A stretch of 62,895 nt of DNA, counting the filler, from Choristocarpus tenellus KU-1152 (Eukaryota > Protista > Phaeophyceae), in the NCBI GenBank assembly GCA_964200185.2. It is 10 parts of 10 records of this genome, joined end to end, with 100 filler letters (N's around TTAATTAATTAA, not from the genome) between each part and the next. Parts side by side here need not be neighbours in the genome. Positions count along the whole stretch, not along the records: positions 20,264 to 27,538 come from CAXNAD020006426.1; positions 27,639 to 30,748 come from CAXNAD020022261.1; positions 30,849 to 34,953 come from CAXNAD020016182.1; positions 35,054 to 47,099 come from CAXNAD020002011.1; 6 more parts are not named here. One strand, given 5' to 3'. The notes beneath the pieces were generated by a model. That model did no database searches and was not told the DNA's origin. It saw only the letters and a program-made list of their open reading frames with translations. Each line of letters opens with the position of its first letter. The first letter of the stretch is position 1. Of this stretch, positions 25,301-37,214 are shown piece after piece. Position numbers and translations under genes: made by a program.

Positions 25301-25807
25301 ATACCTTGACGGCAACGCCCAACGATCCCTATGCGTAGACCTTCTCCAAAGAGGGGCTTTTCGTTGCTTTTTACAGTTGCACCTCCTGATCACCTTCACT
25401 GAGAGTGGTGACGATATCAAGCACAATGTTCTTAGATACCAATGATGGTGGCATCTTTCCTCCCCCAAAACCTTTCTGTCTTACGTTACCTTTTCCAGCT
25501 AGCTGGGTGATTATCTACTATCGGACAAGTTGGTCATACCTAGTAGAAAACGGAACACAAAACGACCTCAAATTTACAATTTGTTTCAGGAAACCCTGGT
25601 CCAACCAAATGGGATTCAACCTTCTGTCAGGTTGCTGATGGTTTGGTAATTTCTGCTCCAGATCCGTCATCCTCCCTCCTGATCAAATCTTGCGTCTTCG
25701 AAGGAGCATCAGTTATTGGGGATGGAGCTGCAAGTGGGCTCGGTGGGATGGTGTATGCTGTCGGCAACCTCAATATTCAAGACAGTGTGTTCAGGAACAA
25801 CAACATG
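22303..25807 (+). CDS. Secreted parallel beta-helix protein (polymorphic-membrane-protein / adhesin-like), 3' truncated
   Basis: Exons 22303-22383 (signal-peptide-like MKIPSFYALLFSASSIQAFG), 22491-22735 (CNLRTAL), 23202-23355 (FSNITFAD) and 25631-25807 (IKSCVFEG...GLGGMVY..GNLNIQDSVFRNN) are all phase-consistent. GG(A/M)(V/I)Y and FxxN are PMP-type repeat motifs. Confidence 0.75.
23878..23910. repeat. 9-bp tandem repeat (TCATCTTTG)3+
   Basis: Read directly. The minus strand gives EDDKDDKDDKDEE within an acidic stretch, inside the beta-helix gene intron. Confidence 0.85.
24914..25110 (+). mobile_element. Complete MITE family B (~197 bp) with poly-G / poly-C arms
   Basis: Left GGCTCAAAGTATCTGGA(G)21, right (C)nCAGATACTTTGGGTC. 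Subterminal inverted GTCCCTTTGGG / CCCAAATGGAC. Flanked by AGCT on both sides. Confidence 0.85.
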
Positions 25808-26264
25808 GTCTCCCCTTCAGTGACCCATGCTCCCCACATAGTACACAGTAGGATGCTGGTGAGATGAAGGTTGAGATAAAATAAAAGTTAGAACTAAATC
25901 TGAGGGCAGCAAAGTACTTGCACCTGTACATATATGCCCCTCCCCACATTAAACACTGTTGAGGACCAACTCTGTTGAACAAACAAAAGCACTGCAGCTA
26001 CAACTCGAGCTCAATTTTCTCTGGTCCACATTTTCCCTCTCCTTCACTTCCAGCAGGTAGAACCTTTGGTGGAAGTCATCACCCATCTCCCCTCACCTGG
26101 TCCTGTCACCTTAATCCGATCCCAGGTGAGGGTGTTGGATAAAAGTATGTTGAGTTAGTTGTGTGCATTGCTCCAACATAGTCTCGACTTGCTTTTGCTC
26201 GTCATTCAAGGTTATCTGATCCTTGGGATGGGTTGCATCAGTAAACCATCTTCAGGAGGTGAAA

Positions 26265-26522
26265 GAGTGAAAGTATCTTAGAGAGTACGGGTTTTGCCCT
26301 GTTTGTCCATTTGGGGCTTGGTTTCCCACGGGGTTTTTATGACACTTATCTACTCCGAAACGAATCAGAGCAGATAAAATCTATAGGTTATGAAAATGTG
26401 TGTCTATAATAAGGATATTGACACTTCCTCACAAACGCGACGATCAAAATTATATCAAAATCGTAACATTGGATTTTGGTCCCCAAACGGATGCGACTCT
26501 ACCCTCTAAGATACTTTGACTC
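26265..26522 (+). mobile_element. MITE family A (258 bp)
   Basis: TIRs GAGTGAAAGTATCTTAGAGAGTA / TACCCTCTAAGATACTTTGACTC; AAA on both flanks. Confidence 0.9.
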
Positions 26523-27496
26523 AAAAGGAACGGGTTTTCAGGTCGCAATGGCTGCTCTGTAGTTTTGTATTCCCTAGAGGGTTACACTCACACCACCTAA
26601 ATTTATCTAGTGTTGACATTCCTTGGCACAGTACTGAGTAGTATGCGTCACTGTTGCCCTCCCTGCCTCTCTGAAGCGTGGAGTGCTTCAGATTTTCATT
26701 TTGATCTAACACGCTTTTGATTATCACTTGTGTACTCTCAGCCCAACGTGCCAAGCTTTGAAAACAGTTTGGAACAAGGACATACCCCAACAAACTCACC
26801 ACACTACTATGACGAAGGAAGAAAAGGTGGAGCAAGCTCGGAAAGTTACTTTTTCTCCGACTATAAAGGCAGGGGCATCTTCACCAACATTACAACCCAG
26901 GCCCAGGTATGGATCATGGACAGGAATTCGAACTTCCGAAGGACTGTAAAGTCAATCATGCACTTAGTGCGATTCCATTATTTTTGAGGTAGATTCCATT
27001 AGTAGGGTCATTTTCAGCAGGCAAAGATAACGGGAAGATCAGGAAGGGATAGACAATTGAATGAACAGTACCTTCCACGCATTCATTGGATTGCCTCACT
27101 CTCATCTAAACTAGATCTTGTGTTGGCACTCCTTGCAAGCAGTTATTCTAATTACTGACAATTGGCAAATAGTGTGTGCCTTCTGGATGATGATTTGCAT
27201 TAGAAACAGCACTTACATGACTTTGGGGTTTTGTTAAAGCCCACTTCCAATGAAAGCATTCATGCATTCATGCTCACATTGTTTAAGTCGTGAAAACGTT
27301 CCACCCTGCCTAGGATGGATGCATAAACAACCTTATTCGCATTGCTCCCCTCGCCTCCACCTTCATTCCTTTATCTTGGGACTAACCCCAATAGATGAAA
27401 TACATAGGGTTAGGGTTAGAGATTACGCTGTGAAAACACCATGAGAGTGTAAGAACTTTCCTCTCAGAGATTTGATCATAACCCATACCCTCACAC

Positions 27497-27538
27497 AGGT
27501 TCAAAGTATCTGGGGTGGGGTGTGGGGGGGGGGGGCGA
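27497..27538. mobile_element. Truncated MITE family B left arm at contig end
   Basis: GGTTCAAAGTATCTGGGGTGGGG...(G)nCGA running into the gap. Confidence 0.7.
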
Positions 27539-28292
27539 NNNNNNNNNNNNNNNNNNNNNNNNNNNNNNNNNNNNNNNNNNNNTTAATTAATTAANNNNNN
27601 NNNNNNNNNNNNNNNNNNNNNNNNNNNNNNNNNNNNNNCTCCCAAATATCAAACAAATAGACGTTTGAGGCGTTGCAATCTCAACATTACAACCTAGCTG
27701 TCACCAAAGTAATGTAACTCCACAGGCTTGGATGCTTCTAGCAAAACTGCTGTGCTATAAAACCGACAAAGGCAGAGTGAGTATAAACTATCCTACGTTA
27801 CAAAAATGACACAAGTAGTACTGCACTACATCACATGCAAAGTAGAATATCAATGCTGCGATTTCGTTTTGCAGGCATGTACGGCTAGTGGACTCGATCA
27901 TCGTACGACTTGGCACTCCTTGACACTTACTCAAGCAAACTGTGTTGACTACTCTATGTTGAAAAACGTGGATAGTATGACCCTCTATGACTGTCACGGA
28001 TTGGAAGGGTGACTAAAGTCCCTTACCCATTTCCCAATACAGGCTTGGTGGTTGGAAAATAGGAACTTCCAACAACCCATGCAGCTTCAGGGAGGATTAT
28101 TTTGTAGCGGGTTCCACTTCTTGTATATTTTGTTTCACTGTATGTCTTTGTAGCTGTGTATGGTGCTATCCCACATTTTTGCTCACTTCGAAAGCGAAGA
28201 GCAACGATAAGTCTCATTCCCTATAATTATATCGTTAGTCCTTAGAATTTGAATTGTACCGACACACGCTAACCTTGTTCTAATTTGTCTTT

Positions 28293-28419
28293 AACAGCCG
28301 ATTTCAAAAATTGAGGATGGAATTTAATTACAAAAAAAAGCATATTGACACTTTATCCCAGTCAATTTTGGGTCAAGCTCAATGAAAAGCTCCATCCTCA
28401 ATTTTTGAAATCGACTGTT
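28293..28419. mobile_element. 127-bp foldback / MITE-like element with 29-bp inverted repeats
   Basis: AACAGCCGATTTCAAAAATTGAGGATGGA (28293-28321) versus TCCATCCTCAATTTTTGAAATCGACTGTT (28391-28419): 28 of 29 complementary. Confidence 0.8.
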
Positions 28420-28895
28420 CTTTGCCCAACCGAAATAATACGTGGCATAACTCACTAGGAAAGAAAAAGGAAAATCGAGACTGAATTACTGCTTCATTGC
28501 CCTCTATTGGCAGAAAATACTGGTCACCAAAACCCCTCACTCAAATAACTCTTATCAATAGGCCTTCGGCCCACTCCAAACTAGGAGAAATGTTGACCCT
28601 GAGTATAGAATATAGAATACACCGAATTGGAAGGGAGAAGTCATTATAATCAACTGAGCCTTCTGATCGGTCGATGTAATAGGTCAGAAGTTTTATATGC
28701 TGAGCGAACTGCACAATTGACTTCCTTCGGGCTCAGTCACCCCAGTATAGACTGACAACAACAAAAAAATCCTGGGTTTGCCTACTGGCTTGTCATTGGC
28801 TCCCCTACCCATCCCTCGTACCCCCATAAAGTAGATACATTAAAATATATATATTATTTCTACTATTGCCAGAACGGAATTAAGGACAATTGATC

Positions 28896-29152
28896 GAGTC
28901 AAAGTAAATGGGAGGTACATATAGTCGATTTAATGATGCTCCAAATATGTGGAAAATTCGGTATATTTTACAAATGCGTATAGTATATTTTCCGAATTGT
29001 GTCGAAAAGTAAAAAAAAATAGAGGAATCAACCCTCTCAAGTCAAGCTTAACATTTCATCCATAGAAGTATGGATGAATTGTAGTAGATTGAAAAACTGG
29101 CTTATAATGCAAAACGATCAAACCCTGGATGCCTCTCGTTTACTTTTGACTC
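28896..29152 (+). mobile_element. MITE family C (257 bp)
   Basis: TIRs GAGTCAAAGTAAATGGGAGGTAC / GATGCCTCTCGTTTACTTTTGACTC. Interior CTCTCAAGTCAA...TTCATCCATAGAA...AACTGGCTTA is shared with 33787-34028. Confidence 0.82.
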
Positions 29153-29502
29153 AATACTTGTAGGTGATATTAAATTTAGTTGTCTATTTTTTCAAGTAAC
29201 CTAACTAACAAAATTTCGACATATGCTTTCTTCTCTAACAATTGCTCTCCGTGGCTCCTTGTTACACGATTTCCTAAGAAATTCCGCTCCACCTGTACTC
29301 CTTTATACTATGTCAGGGGGATAGATTTAGACTGTCATATATCTCAAGGAGAAAGCAGAGACTAAGTGGACTGTTTGGGCACTACAAGTAGAGGGGGAAA
29401 ATTAGGTAATGGGCCATGAGTCAACCCGAGCAGTTCCTGGATCTTTGGTTTTCTCAACATATTTGCAGGACTGATGCTTAGGTCCTACACTGGTATATAA
29501 AT

Positions 29503-29765
29503 CAGCCAAAGTATCTTAGAGAATAGGACCGCGTGTCCATATGGGGATCAAAATTCAATGTTGCGATTTTGATGTAGTTTTGGCTATTATTGTGTTCGTT
29601 AGGAAGTGTCAATATCCTTGTTCCGGACACACCATTTCATAAGGTATACATTTTACCTACTCCGAAATATTTTGGGGTAGGAAAATGACATAAAAAAAAC
29701 ATGGGAAGCCAAGCCCCAAATGGACAAACAGGGAATAACTCGTACCCTCTAAGATACTTTCGCTC
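29503..29765 (-). mobile_element. MITE family A (inverted copy)
   Basis: CAGCCAAAGTATCTTAGAG...TACCCTCTAAGATACTTTCGCTC; AAT on both flanks. Confidence 0.9.
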
Positions 29766-29799
29766 AATATCTTGACATCTTCTCTTGAAGATAACTCAC

Positions 29800-29846
29800 C
29801 TCTACTGTATCCAAACTTGAGTAAAGCCGCTTGGTCATGTTGATAC
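29800..29846 (-). CDS. Isolated probable exon of an unidentified gene
   Basis: CTGCAG acceptor and GAG|GTGAGT donor enclose an open 47-nt segment (INMTKRLYSSLDTVE). Confidence 0.3.
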
Positions 29847-30676
29847 CTGCAGTACCATCACGAACGCACACATGTAGGAGCATGTAAAATTTAGGGGCAA
29901 TGAGGGAAGGCCTTGTACATCAAGGTATCCTATTCTTTGAAGAGAGTACAAAGACAATAAAAAGGCTTCCTGGCTCCATTGGATATGCCCAAATCATGCA
30001 ATCCTCCAAAGGGGAAGTACAAACCCTAGCTCAGCCTTTGTCACATATATATACTCGAGTAGATGCATTATTTTTGTAGTTCTGATCCCCCCATACATTT
30101 GATTAGCTAAGCTACCCTACTTACTTCTTCCCATCTCCAAGTCCATATCATCAAGAAAAAGATTAGCGAAAGTACATACAGTATCACTTATATAGAAAAA
30201 TGGAAATATCATGACAAAGGCTATGTCGAGCATGAAACACAATAGTAAGAGATTTGTACTATTGTCTCTTCAGATTATATGAAAGGTGGAATCGGTCTTT
30301 TGCATATGATGAAGTACATACAAATAAAGTAAGAGCTAGGAGCAAATAATGTAGTGCAAGAACCCACTTGTTGGTACAACAGTAGGATGTAATGTAAGAA
30401 GAGTGGTTGACAGAAGCAACTTCATTGTTGTGTTCAGTAGGAGAGGAACTGCAGATTGACCGAAAAGGGCTTGGGGGGACTCAACGGCCAATGGGACAGA
30501 AACCATTTGCCAACAGATTGATGACAAGGTAGAATAGGTAAACATTGCTCTCACAGACAAGACTAGTTCCCTTCGTCGTGAGGAGTGGATAAAAATATAC
30601 AAAAACAGCCTTCCAAAGAGCGCTGGGGATCACCTTTGCTACATGAACAGTGTGTTCTTGTCAATTCTGGAGATAC

Positions 30677-30748
30677 CTGGCCCAAAGTATCTGGGAGGGG
30701 GTGGCGGCTGTCCATTTGGGGTCAATTTTTTCATGTCGCGATTTTTGG
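30677..30748. mobile_element. Truncated MITE family B left arm at contig end
   Basis: CTGGCCCAAAGTATCTGGGAGGGGGTGGCGGCTGTCCATTTGGGG...CATGTCGCGATTTTTGG. Confidence 0.8.
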
Positions 30749-32074
30749 NNNNNNNNNNNNNNNNNNNNNNNNNNNNNNNNNNNNNNNNNNNNTTAATTAA
30801 TTAANNNNNNNNNNNNNNNNNNNNNNNNNNNNNNNNNNNNNNNNNNNNTCGTGCCATACCATTGTATTTAGTTAGTTCACCCCACCACCGCGACCTGAAT
30901 TGTCCCCCTCCCCCCCCCAGGCCTTTTAATTGGCTAGAAGTGATTATCCTACTGTTTAAGAGCAAGTTGAAAGCTTGCGTACTGTGAAGCTCATCACTGA
31001 GTTGGCAACTAGGGATAGATTCAACAGACGCCAAATAATAATCCTGTAGGCTGCTCACAACAGATAATTGGATAAATCTCTACTCCTCAGGTCTAAAAAC
31101 ATTGTTGTGCCGAGCCATATTTGCTGCTCTCTTGATGATATGAAACACTTGGTGTTTCATGGTGGCACCAGCACTACAAGACCAAGGTTTACTGCGACAG
31201 TCTGAATCCAATACTCTAAAGTACGACACGAATGAAGTCAGTACAATTAGTCGTAGTGCAATAGATAGTTCTAGCATTTGAAGTAGTATGGAAGTAGTGC
31301 AGTGTGCGTTGAATTTGAACATTTGTCGGATAGATAGTCCCATACCAAAGAGGGAAAAGATCATGTGGGCCCACAACCCTATTGAAGTTGTGTCTGACAA
31401 TGCGAAAGAAACTAACCAATCAGGCTTTCACCATGGAATATACTGTTTTACTACAAACAAAATATAGTCAAATTGCATCAATTCTTGTCTCCTGTATGCT
31501 TTGATTTACCGTTCTTTCAAACAACCAATGTACCGCTATGCACCTTTCTTGGTCAGAGATGCTCTACCAATTCCCACAACATGCTTCATGTAGAAGGATA
31601 GTTCCAGTGGTTGGTAAGCAAGGCAGACAATGCAACAATGATAAGACAGGCGTACTATCATATTTGCTGTCAGTTCTAACAAGGAAGATTGGAATTGAGA
31701 TCATGTATAGGTCCATATTGATTGGACAGCCATACAAAAATAACAGCCTGAGTCAATGTATCACCTTTCACACAAGTGAAAGAAGTGCAACAAATGTGCC
31801 AATGGAGTGCTGTGTTAGCTAGGATCCCTAACCGCACTTGAATGCAGCATCTACAACAAACACACATCATAAATTTGTCCCTTCCTTGCACTCTCAGGCG
31901 CACCATCCTCCTCTGTTCTAAACCGTGGTTTCTACCACAGAAGTGCTACTTTTGAATTTTAATACCAACACACAACACACCACTTCAAGCCCTGAAAGGT
32001 AGTAGCTACAGCTACTTATGCTATGATGCAACTAAGAGACAAAACATGTGACACATGCACGAAGCTGAAGTCAT

Positions 32075-33236
32075 CTACCAGTCCTCTTCATCCTCCACTT
32101 CCACGCTAGTCGTCTCAAAATCTGAAGATTCAGCTGCTGCGTTTACCTCTAACCATTCATCAGCTTCTTCCCCATGAGCACCATGAGTTGCATTCTGTTC
32201 AGTGGAATGATCGACTGCGAAATCTTCAGGCCACTCAGGATCACACCCCCCGACAACAACTCCTACTGTGGTAGCATCTTCTCCATCCTCCTCACCCTCT
32301 TCATTCTGTAGGAAGGCTGGGTCTTGCTTTGGTCCCCCTGGGCCATAGAGATTATGGATGTATGTTGGCTCGTCCAGAGTTAAGAGCACCTTCAGTGTAA
32401 ATTTAGAGTGTGGGCACATCAGTGGATTAGGTTTGTACCTTGTCAGTGTGTGCTACTTGTGTATGTTGCCCATCAACATTACTTAGCATCTAATCAACAC
32501 AGCAAAGCAAAACAATGTGCATGTTTACAACCATCACAAACAACACGCTAAACCAAATAGTGAAATAAGCACCCAGCAACGTCCGGTGTTTTGACATCAA
32601 CCGTAATGGGCAGTGTACTTCATGTGCAAGTGTTTGGGTTTGAGTGTACGAGGTGTAAGGGGTTGACCTTGACAGTCTGCAAAAGACTGAAGATTGGTTT
32701 AAACACACAGTTCTACTCATGCTGCCAAGCACCTCGAAGCAACTAAAGCCAAGTGTACACCTATGACTGAAAAAAGGAATACTACTATCATTATGTATGA
32801 AATTTTTTTTGCCCTACTTGTTCTCCTTTTGAAGCTATCAAGGTGATGTCTCGGATTCATAGGAGAAGGCCCAACAAAATATAACAAATGTCCAAATTTG
32901 GCTTCATGATTATTGACAAAAAGGTTCGCAAGATTTTGATTGTCCAGACAAAAAAGGAGGTTAACATACATGGCTCTGTCCTAAAAGGGAAAGCGTTTTG
33001 GGCGATTGTAGACAATGCAATCACAAGCTAGCCGTATCAGAAGGGTTTAACATGAGATGAGCCTCCTCAACAGTTAAATACTTGTCGCGACCATCGCCTA
33101 ACAATCCAAACAGGACTACCAAAACACATCTGGTAACTATTTTGACAACTACCACCTTCCAATTCGGTATAATCATCTTCGTATGACACACCATCACTGG
33201 AAACGTTTTCCTGGAAATATTTGGTCTAAGACCCAT
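32075..33236 (-). pseudogene. Fragmented coding-like region ending in an acidic tail (unidentified)
   Basis: Successive protein-like segments (33021-33236, 32717-32971, ~32605-32677 and 32075-~32339 ending EVEDEEDW-stop) are broken by stops, frameshifts or very short introns. Confidence 0.35.
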
Positions 33237-33786
33237 TAACTTTCATCAAACAGTGCGAGAGTGCTCTATGCGCTCAATTTGTTTGAAATGTCAGTAACGC
33301 CTTTTGGCACTCGCAAAACAAATTTTGTAGAAACCAGAAGGTTCTTTTCGCCACAAGTCCATTTCTGACCTTAGGCTTGAGTTAGGAGAGCTAGATGCAC
33401 GAAACAAGAAACCACAATATCCATCACTCTACACCAAATGATGCAGTTCTGTGCAGCACACTACCATTTGCTGATCTATATATCCCACGATAACATGGTC
33501 ATACAATCAAACAACCTGAGAAAAAGTCTTCACCTAATTGAACAAAGTGTGGAGTGTGACTCGTACTTTGTACTCCAATAAAACACCCCAACGCATTAGG
33601 ATAGGGCAGTGAGTAGGCAGTGCAGAAACCGCTGTCCTAAAATGGACACAACACAATGGAAAATGGACAAAATGGTGCAACAATCGCAAAGAAAAATGCA
33701 TACAAGAATCATCAACAGACGCCTCGCTCCTCTGTTCAAACCCACTATTAGATTGTTCACGCCTTCCAACCAATCTGCTCTCCCCT

Positions 33787-34028
33787 GAGCTAAAGTAAAC
33801 GAGAGGTACCCGGAGTTGCATACGAAGAATGCTGACAAACATGTGAAAAACTCACCTTTTTTTCAAACAGGTACAGGATATTTTTTCAATTCTTTCAAAG
33901 AGAAATCGACTCTCTCAAGTCAAACTTAGAACTTCATCCATAGAAATGTGGGTGAATTGAGATAGATTAAAGAACTGGCTTAAGTGCAAAATGGTCAAAA
34001 CCTGGGTACCCCTCATTTACTTCCACTC
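33787..34028 (+). mobile_element. MITE family C (242 bp)
   Basis: TIRs GAGCTAAAGTAAACGAGAGGTACCC / GGGTACCCCTCATTTACTTCCACTC; CCT on both flanks. Confidence 0.85.
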
Positions 34029-37000
34029 CCTAAACCTGATAACTACATTATCCAAAGTGCAATCTGGAGTTTGTAAAGTGTTGTACGTACATACCAAGAA
34101 GCTGAAGACACACTGCCACCTGTGTCTGCCTCAGGCCAAACACCCTTTTCCAACCAAGGTTGGTCTTGTGAGGTGCATATGTGGTTCCATTCATAAAACA
34201 ACAGAGGCCTTGGCATGATACTTCAGATACACGTGTGAAAAAACAAGTCATTAATCAAAGCCTGCAAATGCAACCACTCCCCCCCTCCCCCCCCGCCCCC
34301 CCCCTAAAAAGACATGTTCTTGCCCCTTAGGCCCCAAACAAATGCTCACACAGACCTAAATCTGTTGGATGCCCAAATCGAGCATAACTATCTCTACAAA
34401 AACGAAACGTGTACCCAACAATACAGCAGAGAGATGTGGTGTGTATTTATAGTGCTTACATGCATGTCCTAGGATGTACTTCAGTATGTATACAGCAGAA
34501 AAAAAAGAAAGTATTGTACCATGCTAGTTGCAAGTAGTTGTAAAAGCAGTAGCGCTACACTTGTGAACACAAACAGTTCTCGAAAAGAGAAATAGTAATA
34601 ATAATAATGAAATTTTCCAAGGTGGCGCCAAGCAAAACAGGCAAGAAATGGTACTTCCCCGGAAAAATGATCCTAGAAATACCTAAAATAACACAAACAG
34701 ATGGTTAAAGAAAAGGAATTGGAAGCCGTAGATCTAAAAATTAAAAACAGACAATGCCCTTTAAAATCGTAACTAACAGTAGTACAGATTGTACAGACCA
34801 GGACTACCAATAGGGGTCAATATGAGGGCTAGAGGAATATGGGGCTAGGGTTGAGATCAACACATGTTAACTAGGTACTAGCAAAACCCTGTACTTGAAC
34901 CTGCTCAGGAGCCTGAAGAAAGCCTACAATGAGCTGAGAAAGACCTGGCACAANNNNNNNNNNNNNNNNNNNNNNNNNNNNNNNNNNNNNNNNNNNNTTA
35001 ATTAATTAANNNNNNNNNNNNNNNNNNNNNNNNNNNNNNNNNNNNNNNNNNNNGATGAGGGCGGGGCGGGCGGGGGGGGGGGGGGGGGGGGGGGGGTCTC
35101 AGTGCCAAACACTCGTGTAGCTATTTTATGCACACACTTGGTGCCTACAGTTCCAAAACGCTACTGTGCGGATTTGAGGTCTGTATAATAAAGATAAGGT
35201 TTGTTCTATTTTCTTCATCCCCACATGGGGTGTTACAGGCAATTGGAATCAATTCTTAACATTTTTTATACTGTAATCATTGCTTCTAAATGTGTGCAAC
35301 ATTTGTATTCATGTGGCTTGCTGGAGAAAACAAAACAGTTCAACTTCCTGCACCAAATGCTCGAGACACATCAAGGGCCATTTTCTCTTCTAGATCCAAA
35401 AGGTTCTCCCCATAATTGGCTGGAATTATGCAATTGCACTCTATGCTAACGGCCAGGACAACATCGCCCATCATGTGCACTGTAGTCATACAACAAAGAT
35501 ATTCCTCAGGTCTGCTAGTAGAGCAGGAGGAGAGACCAGGGGGGGGAGGGGAGGAAGGTGGATTCAAGGGGGAGTATTCCTCATGTACTGCCTTAAAACA
35601 CACCTTCAGGCATGGGATTTCAGGAGCAGAGGACTTATGAGGGAGTTGCAGCTAAACGTTCAAGCGATAAAACAACCCCAAGCCCAGGTCTAACTTCATG
35701 AGGTTGCAAACCTGGAACAAGGCCTGGTGGAGATGTGCCTTTAACATTCGGGTTCGGCAAATATTCGGGGTTTGGGTCATCACATTCAACTGTATATCCC
35801 CAGCTGCCAAACAACAGCGAGCAGCAGGCATGGAAGGGTACTTGTGTGCATTGGGTGTTGTTGGGTGTTGTTGAGTTATGCAATGAGATTCACTAGTAGA
35901 TCCACTCCACACTTAACTCCTCCTGAGTATGTTTGATAGACATGGTAGCATATAATGGTACAGACTGACAATGACCTTCACTTAAGAACATGCGATTTCA
36001 CGACAAAATCTTCGAACGTGCATGGGTTGACCGCGCAATGAAGTCTTGTAAGATCCATGCAGTATAGGGAGTCTGTAAGAGCAGGTGTCACCACAAGGTT
36101 TTTGTTATTTCACAGTTCTGACTTGACCATCAGAATATCGACAAGGGGGAAGTCGTTGGGAAGGTAACCAAGACGTGATAAAAATACCCTGCTGTACAAC
36201 ACATTGAGTAACCTCATATCTACACGCCTATAAACGTGGTCATACAGTGACCACGAAGGAGGTTAGATCAGAAGGGCAAAAGATATGATTAGGCTAAGGG
36301 GAGAAAGTATATTGCAAGTGATTGAAACGCAAATGATTGGAGGACTGGATCAGACTTACCTGGTGAACTAAGATTGTCAAAGAGCATTGGTATTGCTCAC
36401 AAAACTTATTTCAAGTTAGCACCATCCAGTGACAATAGTCCAACTCCGCCGGTTAGGATACGAGGACGTAAGGTCTCGAGTTTCTTTCCTGCCATCTTCT
36501 TCCTCTACCAACTCCACCACTCCACAACACAAGATAAGTTCACCAACTACTTAACCCCAGCTTCTCCACCATTACCTGTTAGATGATCATATATTTCTTT
36601 TTCAATTTCATCCCCTGCGGCAGATCTTGACATCCCAGCAATAAATCCTTCAGTCAATCTCAGCAATACTCCCAATCGTACCCTCAATCGCCCACCAGCA
36701 GACCCCAGCCGCACACATCTCGACCCCATCGTTGTGCAACACAATAACGACTTCGCGATTCCTTAGTCCAACAAAGAACAACTCACCCTTCACGGGAGCG
36801 CACCATCCGCACACAAGTGGTATGGCGTGGTAGTCCTAGCGTCCGTAATCTTGTGGGTTGTGAAGGGACTATAAATGCTTGAGAGACAAGAGTCACCAAC
36901 GTGCCAATAAGTACCAGGACCACTGCCCCCCGGCAGCGGGCTGATACACAAACCATTAAGTAGAAGCGATAATTATCAAGCCCCTGTCAAAACTAAAACA

Positions 37001-37214
37001 AAATCTGACGGGGAGACGCAAGTATGGTTGGAGGTTTGGGTTGAGTTGTTGAGTTTAATTCTTGAACCCAAAGGTTTCCAATTAATGTTATGGCGTGTGA
37101 AACAAAGGTAAAATCTCCGAAGACAAACATCACTATCGCCCCATCTACGATCCTCCCATAAAACCTCTATATCCTTCCAGTGACTTAGTGCAAGGAACCA
37201 GGCAAAGTGTTGCA

